Shown here: positions 29,666-41,209 of the stretch, in pieces
Position numbering within the stretch: position 1 is the first letter of the stretch
Layout of the letters: each line of letters begins with the position of its first letter
Source of the DNA: a plasmid
DNA length: 64,000 nucleotides
Sequence record: NZ_CP137558.1
Strand: one strand, 5' to 3'
The notes under the pieces: model-generated
The model's input: the letters and a program-made list of their open reading frames with translations, nothing else
Told to the model about the DNA's origin: nothing
Databases searched by the model: none
Position numbers and translations under genes: made by a program

Positions 29666-29702
29666 ATCTTGCTTCTGTCCTTTACCTTTCCGTTAGGCGT
29701 TC

Positions 29703-29883
29703 CGCCGGATTTGGAATCCGGCGTTAAAAAATGTCCTAACCTATTTAGGCTCTGCGGATTTGCAATCCGCAGCAAAGGAGAATGCATTTCCCTTTTGTTG
29801 TGTTGGGGGGATTACAAATCCCCCGGTTTTAATAGGTCGAACCTTTTTTTACGGCGGATTTCAAATCCGCCGGGACGCCTGGC
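29703..29883. repeat. four hairpins of the GGATTTnnAATCC family in tandem
   Basis: ccggatttggaatccgg, gcggatttgcaatccgc, ggggattacaaatcccc, gcggatttcaaatccgc. Confidence 0.8.
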
Positions 29884-29902
29884 GGGGTTGCGCTCTTGAT
29901 TA

Positions 29903-31675
29903 TTATTCTGTTATTGCATTGCCGTCTTTATCAAGAACGGTGCATTTGCCAATCTGCCATTTGGCAGGGAGACAATTGGCATTTGCTTTCAGTGCTTCGT
30001 AAGCCGCCTTATCTTGTACTTTGAGTGTGCGGTTTTGTACGCTTTGGTCTGTTCCGGCATTATTGAGCCAGTAATACAAACAAGATGATCCGCTTAATGT
30101 AATTTCTTTGCTTGGTGCTAACATTGTAACAGATGACAGGTTTGTACAATTATTGAACATAGCGTCACAGCAGCTTCGATAAAGAAATTCTATAGACAAT
30201 TCAGCAGATTTGAGATTTGTACACCCCGAGAACATATTGGCATAGCATTCCACTCGTGAGATTTTTGCAGGCAATTTTGGGGCAGTTTTGAGATTTGTAC
30301 ACCCCGAGAACATACTGGCATAGCAGCAGTCTGCTAACGCTGTAGCCTTTAATTCTGGGGCAGTTTTGAGATTTGTACAGCCTGAGAACATACAGGCATA
30401 GCAGTTTCTTGCTAATGTTGTAGCAGGCAATTCCGGGGCAGAAGTTAATACACTGCAATTTTCGAACAATTTAATGAACCTCGCATTCTCTGTATTGACT
30501 GTAGCATAGTTATTCCAGTCAAGCAATGTGCGGATATCACCTGTGCAAGCCACTGGCACATTACTTTTCGTAAATGTGATGGTAGCATATGTAGCATATT
30601 GAACGGTGCCTGTTGCCGTTCCTGCGGTATTTTTTCCACGCAAACGAAGGTCGCCATTTGCGCCACCAAATGAAATTTCTGTGTCTTTCTTGACAGCTGC
30701 CCATTCGTTTCCACCAACAGAATAGTCAAGTTCAGAGATGATATAGTCATTATAGGTTGTCATCTTAAATGTTTGAGGATCCTTTGCCGTAAAGGTGACG
30801 TATGGGTAACATTCTGCTTTACCGCCATCAATCTTATCAGTTCCCCAATCAGCCACAGTAACATTACCTATAGTCACCTTATTCTTACCCACTATAAGAT
30901 TGTAGGTATAGCTCTTGCCGGCTTCCAAGGCTCCTGTCTTTACAACAAGCGGAGTCTCGGTGGATTCATTGTCAGTGAAATAGAGCTTTCCCTCTACTTT
31001 TCCAGGAATAACCAGGGCAGTATAGGTTGTGCCGATTCCACCCTCACCCTTCTGCAAAGGCTTGATATTGACGGTAGATGTTTCGCTGGCTTCAGTAGAT
31101 GCCTTGCTTGCGATACGGATATGGTTGACCTTGGTGTCGTCGGTGAACTGGTCGTTGAAACTCTGGATGTTGAGAATCAGACGGGCAGTCTTGCGCACCA
31201 ATGTCACATCAAGCTGGCGGTTACCAGGAATTTCAGTAAGGTCGGTTACCGCTGCCGTCATATAATCTGATTTCGCAATCGCCTCTGCACTGCTCTGGTC
31301 TTCCTGGATATAGCCTTTGCTGAAGGAATTCTTGCCATCAGCAGGATACCAGCACTGGAAAGTGAGGTTGCTATTATCCCATACCAGATAATTTTCACTA
31401 CCTGGCTGCCAGTCGTTGGTGCCCTTATTGTAGGTATAGGTGATCGATGTGCCGTTATTGCTGACGCCCATCACATCACCAGTATTAAAACTCTTCTGTC
31501 CGGCTTCATCTGCTGCAGCCGGATTGCTTCGGGTGAAGATGCTGCCCACCGAAGCCGATACATGAACGGCATTCGGGTCGCTGAGCCATGTATTACTGTT
31601 GTCGGAATCTGTAGCGCAACCAGCCAGCAATAAGCCGGCTGTTGCTACAAGACCCAATATCTTCTGATATTTCAT
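29903..31675 (-). CDS. fimbrillin-like lipoprotein fused to C-terminal BspA-type leucine-rich repeat domain (pilus tip adhesin-like)
   Basis: Lipobox LLLAGCATD; pilin-like N-domain ending ..VADWGTDKIDGGKAE; C-terminal 26-aa repeats MFSGCTNLKTAPELKATALADCCYAS. Confidence 0.6.
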   Translation of the reverse strand: MKYQKILGLVATAGLLLAGCATDSDNSNTWLSDPNAVHVSASVGSIFTRSNPAAADEAGQKSFNTGDVMGVSNNGTSITYTYNKGTNDWQPGSENYLVWDNSNLTFQCWYPADGKNSFSKGYIQEDQSSAEAIAKSDYMTAAVTDLTEIPGNRQLDVTLVRKTARLILNIQSFNDQFTDDTKVNHIRIASKASTEASETSTVNIKPLQKGEGGIGTTYTALVIPGKVEGKLYFTDNESTETPLVVKTGALEAGKSYTYNLIVGKNKVTIGNVTVADWGTDKIDGGKAECYPYVTFTAKDPQTFKMTTYNDYIISELDYSVGGNEWAAVKKDTEISFGGANGDLRLRGKNTAGTATGTVQYATYATITFTKSNVPVACTGDIRTLLDWNNYATVNTENARFIKLFENCSVLTSAPELPATTLARNCYACMFSGCTNLKTAPELKATALADCCYASMFSGCTNLKTAPKLPAKISRVECYANMFSGCTNLKSAELSIEFLYRSCCDAMFNNCTNLSSVTMLAPSKEITLSGSSCLYYWLNNAGTDQSVQNRTLKVQDKAAYEALKANANCLPAKWQIGKCTVLDKDGNAITE

Positions 31676-31702
31676 AGTTGTTCTATTTTAAGTTCATATT
31701 CT

Positions 31703-32758
31703 TTAATCTGTCTCAAGAGGCTTGTCACTAGTGATTTCTGTCCATGGAGTAGCGGAGATGCTGCCACCCTTCAACAATACCACATCATTACCCATGCTAA
31801 GATTGAGGGTATATCTGTAGCCGCTCTTCAGCTCGACTGGTTCTGCAGAAGTCCATTCATAGAGCTTGCCGGCTGTCATCAAAGACACCTTGAAGGTGTT
31901 GGCTCCAACGGTCTGTGGGATGGCAATGCAAGAGAAACGTGAGATGGCGTTCTTTTCTGGATCTGCTTTCTTATCTGCATTTTCAGCCGGTGTGAAGGAA
32001 CCTTTGGTGGTGGTAATGTCGGTAGCAGCAGCTTCTTCGCTGGCTGTTACGACACTAGCAGCGTTTGTAACATTTACACTTGCCTCAATTTTGGTTCCTC
32101 CTAAGGTCACCTTTACGATAGGGGATTCTTTAAGAACCTCAGGCTTGTTGAACTCGGTTCCCAAAGTCACAACGATATCAATCATACAGAAAGCATGGTT
32201 GAACTGGATACTCAGCTTCTTATCCACGAGACTTGTGCCAGGCTTGAAGTCTTTTGCATAATAGTACAACAAGTCGTTATTGTCAGACGATGTAGACTGG
32301 TCGTCAGCCACGCTATAAGTTATAGACTGGATAGGCTGGGTACTTCCCTCAGCATAAACACCATTGAATTTGCCATTTGGAGCCGGAGCAAAAGCCACGA
32401 TATCTACGGGTTGCGTGTCTTTCTGCCAAAGCAGTGTCTCTGAGCAGTTCCAAGCTCCATTATCATCCTTTGTGAACACCTTATTAACATAGGTATATTT
32501 TTTAGCCAAAGTGGCGTTCTCGTTCTTATTCACCACGGTCAGAGATAAAGGCTTCTCCAGTGGAGTGCCTGCTCCCTCAGCACGAGTCTTGGCATTGTTC
32601 ACTCCTGCAGTAACGCGGATGATGTTATCACTAGGATAATTGCTCTGTGACAGTTCGTCCTCGCTAGAGCAACTGGTAATCATGGCTGCAGCCATGGCTG
32701 ATATTGCGAAAAACTTGATAGCTTTCATAATCGTTCTATTTTTAATGTTATGCCTCAA
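31703..32758 (-). CDS. fimbrillin-family lipoprotein (type V pilin-like), probable start 32728
   Basis: Signal MKAIKFFAISAMAAAMITSCSS; C-terminal ..SATPWTEI. Confidence 0.5.
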   Translation of the reverse strand: MRHNIKNRTIMKAIKFFAISAMAAAMITSCSSEDELSQSNYPSDNIIRVTAGVNNAKTRAEGAGTPLEKPLSLTVVNKNENATLAKKYTYVNKVFTKDDNGAWNCSETLLWQKDTQPVDIVAFAPAPNGKFNGVYAEGSTQPIQSITYSVADDQSTSSDNNDLLYYYAKDFKPGTSLVDKKLSIQFNHAFCMIDIVVTLGTEFNKPEVLKESPIVKVTLGGTKIEASVNVTNAASVVTASEEAAATDITTTKGSFTPAENADKKADPEKNAISRFSCIAIPQTVGANTFKVSLMTAGKLYEWTSAEPVELKSGYRYTLNLSMGNDVVLLKGGSISATPWTEITSDKPLETD

Positions 32759-32855
32759 ATCCGCAACCTATAGGGTTTAGTGGGATTTTGCTTGCAAAGC
32801 GACAAAATTCATTTTATTGTACATATTTCTTGCACAACAGAAATGTCGCAGACAC

Positions 32856-35081
<2,226 letters not shown>

Positions 35082-35554
35082 AAACAATAGGCCACATGCA
35101 ACTGTAAATGTTTAGTTATAGGTAGGGTAGCATAAGTTAAAATGCTATTCTGCCTTTTAAAAGTATGGTATACATTCCAGAGAGAGATTGGATATGTTCC
35201 CGCCTACCGATAGTGCCAAAAACGTAGTGGATATGTTTCCGAGAACGGATACGCTCAAATGACATTCATTCTGTCCTCTCGAGCCATGTTGAGAGCGTGG
35301 TTCTGTTGACTAAAGTACATAATTGATAGTGTGAAAATGCTTGAAATATAAGGCTTATCCGAGGATTTGGACGTAAATCCAGGTCCTCGGATTTTCCGCG
35401 TTTTAGAGGCTGCAAAGAGATGAATTTTTATAGTTGGATAGACAGAAGTGTTGATTTGGGGTTGGATAGACAAAAATATTGACATAAGACCATTGCCATA
35501 ACCTAAGAGAAGAAGAACGGAGAGAAATAACTTTTTAAACGAGGGGGAATTCAG

Positions 35555-36295
35555 ATGAAAGAAAACAAATATGATGATAATATATTTTTTCAAAAATACA
35601 GTCAAATGAGTCGCTCACAGCAGGGACTAGCCGGTGCAGGAGAATGGGAAACATTGAGAAAGCTGCTGCCGGATTTTAAAGATAAGCGTGTGCTTGATTT
35701 AGGATGCGGCTATGGATGGCACTGTATTTATGCGATGGAACACGGAGCGTCTTCTGTTGTAGGTGTTGATATTTCTCATAAAATGCTCGAGGTAGCCAAA
35801 GAAAAAACACATTTTCCACAGGTTGAATATAAATGCTGTGCTATAGAAGATGTGGAATTCCCAGAGGAGAGTTTTGATGTAATATTAAGTTCACTTGCGT
35901 TTCACTATGTAGCAGATTATGAGATTTTAGTAAAAAAGATATATAGAATACTGAAGTCTGGTGGTAATCTAGTTTTTACGGTTGAACATCCTGTTTTTAC
36001 TGCCTATGGAACACAAGACTGGCATTATAACGAAAAAGGAGAAATACTGCATTTTCCGGTGGATAATTATTATTATGAGGGCAAACGGACAGCTGTGTTT
36101 TTGGGAGAAAAGGTTACAAAATATCATAGAACACTGACCACATATCTAAATACACTGCTTTCAAATGGTTTTATAATAAATCATATTGTGGAGCCGCAGC
36201 CGCCGGAAAACATGATGGATATTCCGGGGATGCAGGATGAAATGCGCCGTCCCATGATGCTGATTGTATCGGCGAACAAAAAAGTGTATAGATAG
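35555..36295 (+). CDS. class I SAM-dependent methyltransferase (Methyltransf_11-like)
   Basis: VLDLGCGYGWH motif I; post-I acidic; ..KSGGNLVFTVEHP. Confidence 0.75.
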   Translation: MKENKYDDNIFFQKYSQMSRSQQGLAGAGEWETLRKLLPDFKDKRVLDLGCGYGWHCIYAMEHGASSVVGVDISHKMLEVAKEKTHFPQVEYKCCAIEDVEFPEESFDVILSSLAFHYVADYEILVKKIYRILKSGGNLVFTVEHPVFTAYGTQDWHYNEKGEILHFPVDNYYYEGKRTAVFLGEKVTKYHRTLTTYLNTLLSNGFIINHIVEPQPPENMMDIPGMQDEMRRPMMLIVSANKKVYR

Positions 36296-36332
36296 AACTA
36301 AAACACCTATAAGATATAAATGGAGGTAATTT

Positions 36333-36825
36333 ATGTTTAAAGAAAAAATTATTATAGAGATGAAAGAAGTATTCAAAGAAATTCCTTTTGGCATAGAGCA
36401 TACTTTCAAAGTTTTGAAAAATGCAGAAGATATAATGAAAGGAGAAAATATCGGAGAGGAAGAAAAAGAATTCATCAGTATTATTGCTATACTACATGAT
36501 ATTGGTGCGGTTGAAGCACAAAAAAATACGGTTCTATTGATGGTGTCTATCAAGAAAAGGAAGGACCAGAAGTAGCGAAAGAAATATTAAAAAAGGTAGG
36601 CTATAACAAAAATATTGATAGAATATGCTTTATAATAGGCAACCATCATACTCCATCTAAAATTGATGGACTTGATTTTCAAATACAATGGGAAGCTGAT
36701 TTGCTTGAAAATTTAACGGTTATGGATAAAGAAAAAGAACAGGAAAAGATAAAAAAGTGTATAGATGAAAACTTTAAAACAAACACAGGAAAAAGGATAG
36801 CTTATAATCGCTTTATTTTAGATTA
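36333..36825 (+). CDS. HD-domain phosphohydrolase, interrupted by apparent -1 frameshift in A7 run at 36520-36526
   Basis: ILHDIGAVEAQK then frame switch to KYGSIDGVYQEKEGPEVAKEIL..GNHHTPSKIDGLDFQIQWEADLLENL. Confidence 0.6.
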
Positions 36826-36849
36826 GTAGTAGATTATTACAGTTATGTA

Positions 36850-37904
36850 TTTTACTCAAGTTTCGGATTTAGGTTTTATGCAGTCTGAGCGATCAGTTGC
36901 ATGGCCTTGAACCTGCGGTTATCCCGTATAATTTGCTCCATCAATTCGTTCTCGTCAATGGTAAAAATCTCAGCCACGATTGCTATTACATCAATAATGA
37001 TTGACCAGATCTTTTCCACGACGGTGAGCTCGTGTACGCCTTCATATATATCGGCGAACAATCCTCCAATGGTCTCTTCACCATGCTCTTCAGGCGCTCA
37101 AGCTTGGATACGAAATACTCTTCCTTGCGTTTTTCGGTCTGGCAGTCTCTGTCACGCTTGCGGTTGTAGCGCCTCTCGCGCTGCCGGGCCGTAAGACCTT
37201 GTTCCTTGCCATCGACCTTCCCTCTCTCGCCGTGAATCGAGAAGTCCACGACAAATTGAGAGCGGCCGTCGCTCCAGCACAGGGCCAGCAGCTTGTAGCC
37301 GAGAATGCACCGCTGAAACACGTGCGAGAATATCTTGCCAATACACTCCATCCTCAATCCGGTCTTCGGCAGGTCGGAATCATCCACAATAAGCACTGCC
37401 GGAAGATGGCTCTTTTGATAGTCTTTCCTTATGGTCACGGCCTTGATGAGATGACAGGCGATGTGCCAGATGATGTTGCTAGTCTATATTGTCCTTGGCC
37501 ATAAACGAATAGAGTAGGTCCTTCTTACCCCCGAACAGTTTCGAGATTGACGATCCGGCATAATGAGAAAAACCCGGGACGGCCATAAACGGCAGAATCA
37601 ATATGATCTGGAAAAGTTGAAGGTTGGTAAGCTGACAGTTCTCACGTTTTTTCCCTCCGAGATCTTTGTCTGAAATCCTCATCCCCTCAAGGAGGGTCAT
37701 AAACTTGGAAAATGCGGGATTGATTCGTTTTCCCGTGAAAAAGTTGCGGATCTCCGATGGAATTTTTGTAATTTTGCTCATGGCTTTGAGTGATTGTAAT
37801 TAGTTGTTTGGGCACCTCTAAATTACTAAATTTCCGTGACATACGGAAATCCTCAAAGCCTTTTTTATGCCCAAATCTATCCTCTCAACCTAAATCCGAA
37901 ACTT
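36850..37904 (-). mobile_element. small IS-like element with 22-bp terminal inverted repeats and fragmented transposase (three ORF pieces)
   Basis: ttactcaagtttcggatttagg at 36850 and exact RC at 37883; ORFs 37479..37781, 36986..37438, 36876..37061 read as one transposase across two frame breaks. Confidence 0.55.
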
Positions 37905-38190
37905 GAGTAAATTATAATTATGAGATGCTACGTGCTTTTGTTCAATATACCCTAAACGTCGATTTAAATGCGCCTGTGATAAAGGATTTAGTTGAAAAGT
38001 ATAAGGATATAGAACAATTTAATAGGAGCATAACAGATAAATACGTTGCAATATGTAAACGCTTTTAATATTTGAATTTAGCCGTTTATGTAGAATGAAG
38101 GTGTGCAAACAAACAGACCCTGAAAAGGGTCTCACCCCCGTTAACCGCAATGTCAAAGACTTGCGGATGGCCAGATGACTCCTATACATC

Positions 38191-38323
38191 CGACCCCAAC
38201 GGGGTCGAACCATATAATCTGTAGAAAGGTTCGACCTCCGTTGGGGTCGTGGATTGGGAAGGCACTTCGACCCGCACATTGTATCATGTGCGGTTACTTG
38301 AAGTTCGACTCCCGTTGGGGTCG
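38191..38323. repeat. three copies of hairpin motif GTTCGACyCCsGTTGGGGTCG
   Basis: cgaccccaacggggtcg, gttcgacctccgttggggtcg, gttcgactcccgttggggtcg. Confidence 0.7.
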
Positions 38324-38736
38324 ATGGCTCGTCGTTATTCTGAATCTTAGCAAATCCTCTCTTTTTTAATGAACTGTGTGCTTGATCACTGAAAATAATC
38401 CTTATTTTTGCCACGAGAGTTTTACGAAAGATAAATAGATAAAGTATTGGAAAAGAAACATAACTGTCAGCAGTGCCCACTGAGGCGGCGATACGACCGT
38501 TCACCCAAGTCATTGTTGGGTCGTTTTTGGCGATGGCACATCAATTTCTGTCCGGGATGGAAAGCCTATTTCCTGTCGCTGAGCGAAGAGGAACGGCATG
38601 TATTGAGAAAGCAATACGCTTTTCATAAGCCTCAAATCCGCAACTAAGTCCTTCATCGTCCTATTTACGTGTACACGTTCTCTCATTACTGAATTATTAG
38701 ATAAATTGAGGCTGAAATACCCACTTCTGCCTACAA

Positions 38737-40226
38737 TACCCCCTTACCCCACAATGCGACTTGAGACAATACGCAGTATCATACCCATAAGTTGTAGTCG
38801 TCATCCAAAATCAGTCTGGAATACATCTGCGTAAGCATTATTACAGGTATAGATATTCAGCACATACCACCTTGATGTTCTGATCCATTTGGCTGGTACA
38901 GAGACAAATCTGAAGACAAACGCTTTTATGCGACTTGTTTTATTGGGTCCGAACCTCTTTACGTCAAGTCTTTGGATAATGACCTTGTAGAAGTTACGGA
39001 TAAGTGCTGTAAGAAGAAGGAACACTGTGTTCTCTGCCATGAAGGATTTGGGCAATCTGGACCATCCGAAACCATTGTTCATGTCATCGAAGATGCGCTC
39101 CTTTCCTCCGCGGAGGTTATAGAACTCGACAATCTCTCTTACGGAAGGCTCGTAGTCGTTGGTCAGGATGCAGCGGTATGTGTATTCTCCTTCCCAGAGG
39201 TCAAGCTCACCGTCCATCCGTTTCCGCCTTTGAATCACAAGCCGGTATGTCTTGCCTTTCCACTTCTCTACAAGAATGGAATTCAGCTCAAACTCAATGC
39301 CGTTGATTTCTCCCCTCTTCCAGCCTCTGAGAGCGAAGAGGTCATTGTAGAGCGAACTACAGCGGTTGGCACGGATATAGAAGGTCTTGCAGTGGGTGGC
39401 AACCTCTTCCACGATCTCTTCAGAGCACGAGCCGCAATCAGCTCTGAAACGATTGATAACAAGATTGTTCTGTTCAAACCTTTCGAAGAATCTCTTCAGC
39501 GTGTCCTTCTGATGGAAACGGACGTTTGTGTTGCCGTCGCTGTTCTCAATGCCGACAATCAAATCTCCAATAACCGCCACACCTGGTCGATAACCAAGGA
39601 ACTTCTTGTATGTATGCTTTGCATCATATTTCTCTGTTTCTATGAACTGGTGGTCGAAATCAACATCATACATCTCACCCTCTTTCAGCTGACCAGCTGC
39701 ACACATACAATTGAGCAGTAAGGTATTGAGGGTGTCAGCCGTATTGAAATCGTAGTTCTTACCCGTATCTGACGTGTATGAAATGTTCTCCTGCGTCAGT
39801 TCCTTTATCGCTCTGAGGATAGTGTCAGAGCTGCAGGTACGAAGTGTCGGATGAAGCGAGAGATGGGGCATCAAATGAGTTGTGACATCCTCAATACATG
39901 AGCCGCCACAGAAGTAGATGCTCATGAGAGAACGGATGATTTCGCTGTATTGATAACCATACAGCCTGCATCTTAGACCGAGGGTTGTGTCAATTACATA
40001 TGACAATGTGGAGTCAAATTGCTCCATCATTGCAAATATTCCTCCAAAAGGAGTGGTTTCTCAGATTTTATTGCTTTCTTTGCCATGTCTGTCGGGTTTG
40101 ATACATATTTTGATTTGCAACACTAAGATAGGTGAAAAATCTGACATGACAAAATCCTGAGCAACTTTTTGTTGCTCAGGTACTTAAAAAGTTATATTTA
40201 TAATAGTGTTGCGGAATTAAGGTTAT
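38737..40226 (-). mobile_element. IS1380-family insertion sequence, copy 2 (direct orientation to copy 1)
   Basis: Flank homology with copy 1 (ccccttacccca..gcgacttgag.. at right; ..tagtgttgcggaattaagg at left). Confidence 0.65.
38801..40030 (-). CDS. IS1380-family DDE transposase with 1-bp deletion near 5' end (N-terminal 19 codons out of frame)
   Basis: Copy 1 gagtgagtttctcag vs copy 2 gagtggtttctcag at ~40055; upstream reads MAKKAIKSEKPLLLEEYLQ*. Confidence 0.7.
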   Translation of the reverse strand: MMEQFDSTLSYVIDTTLGLRCRLYGYQYSEIIRSLMSIYFCGGSCIEDVTTHLMPHLSLHPTLRTCSSDTILRAIKELTQENISYTSDTGKNYDFNTADTLNTLLLNCMCAAGQLKEGEMYDVDFDHQFIETEKYDAKHTYKKFLGYRPGVAVIGDLIVGIENSDGNTNVRFHQKDTLKRFFERFEQNNLVINRFRADCGSCSEEIVEEVATHCKTFYIRANRCSSLYNDLFALRGWKRGEINGIEFELNSILVEKWKGKTYRLVIQRRKRMDGELDLWEGEYTYRCILTNDYEPSVREIVEFYNLRGGKERIFDDMNNGFGWSRLPKSFMAENTVFLLLTALIRNFYKVIIQRLDVKRFGPNKTSRIKAFVFRFVSVPAKWIRTSRWYVLNIYTCNNAYADVFQTDFG

Positions 40227-40260
40227 GTTATAATCTTATCTTATTGATATTTCTCCGATT

Positions 40261-41163
40261 TTAATCGAATGCCTCGCCATGGAAGGTGTTGCCATTCTCC
40301 CAATCAGAAATCTTCACTTCGTCGAGAATCACCTGGTCACGACCTACCTCCAGGTTGATGGTGGTAATCTTGCCGCTCTCAAACGTGAACGGAGTTTTGT
40401 TGTCGTAGATGAAAGTCTTATCACCGATGGTGATGGCAATCTTCTGAATGCCATTCTGAGGAATGAGCACGGAAACATACTGGGTGTTGGCTGCCGTAGC
40501 AGGAACCTCGAAATCAGCCTTGGCTGTAGTCGTTGTGGTCACTGCCTTGGTGAGGTAGTTGATGGTAGCCTCATTTATGGCATCCGAAACCACCACGTTC
40601 TTTACGGTAGGAGTGCCGCCCCACTGGTTCTTGTAGGAAAGGTTCACCACCATCTTTGCCATCACGTGGGTGAATTCGAGCTGCACGGGATCCTTGGCAT
40701 CCTTGGTATAGGAGAGACCATTGGTGTTTACTGCCACCAGCAGGTCGCTTGCCGCCTGGTTTTCTGCATTGAAGGTATAGGTGTCGGCAGTAAGGTTGTC
40801 AACGTTCTTGGTAGGGTAGATGCCGATGAAGTAATGCTTATCCACATTGTTCTTCCACAGCATCTGTGGAGTGGCCACCCAAACCTTGTCAGTGAGCTTG
40901 TTGATGGCGTTGTTCACCACTCTTCCAGCGGCAGCAGGAACATTTTCTGCACTTCCTGTCCAGGCATACACGCTGATTTCATCTCCTTCAGAGAAAGTCT
41001 GTGTTCCCTTGGCGTCCGTAGTGATACGGGTCATCTTGCCGATGCTTGTAGAAACGGTGATTGACTTAGGCGCCTCGGTGCCTATTGTATTCTCGCTGTC
41101 TGAGCAGCTGCCCAGAGTCATGGTCATTGCTGCAAGAGCAATCATGTAATACTTTGTTTTCAT
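40261..41163 (-). CDS. fimbrillin-family lipoprotein (type V pilin-like)
   Basis: Lipobox MTLGSCSD; C-terminal VKISDWENGNTFHGEAFD. Confidence 0.5.
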   Translation of the reverse strand: MKTKYYMIALAAMTMTLGSCSDSENTIGTEAPKSITVSTSIGKMTRITTDAKGTQTFSEGDEISVYAWTGSAENVPAAAGRVVNNAINKLTDKVWVATPQMLWKNNVDKHYFIGIYPTKNVDNLTADTYTFNAENQAASDLLVAVNTNGLSYTKDAKDPVQLEFTHVMAKMVVNLSYKNQWGGTPTVKNVVVSDAINEATINYLTKAVTTTTTAKADFEVPATAANTQYVSVLIPQNGIQKIAITIGDKTFIYDNKTPFTFESGKITTINLEVGRDQVILDEVKISDWENGNTFHGEAFD

Positions 41164-41209
41164 GTTTATTCTTTATTTATAAATTATATATTATCTAATG
41201 GGTTCTATT

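Noticed and set aside
29462..29883. Possible CRISPR array (short repeats, hairpins)
   Set aside because: Repeat units 7-20 bp with irregular spacing and no uniform spacer length; no cas genes
35255..35605. 116-aa minus-strand ORF between erm and the methyltransferase
   Set aside because: Overlaps methyltransferase start; hydrophobic low-complexity product; region better explained as regulatory DNA with direct repeats (ggatatgtt.ccg..ggata x2, gttggatagaca x2) and a hairpin
38019..38513. 164-aa minus-strand ORF
   Set aside because: Runs through the hairpin repeat array; no coding signal
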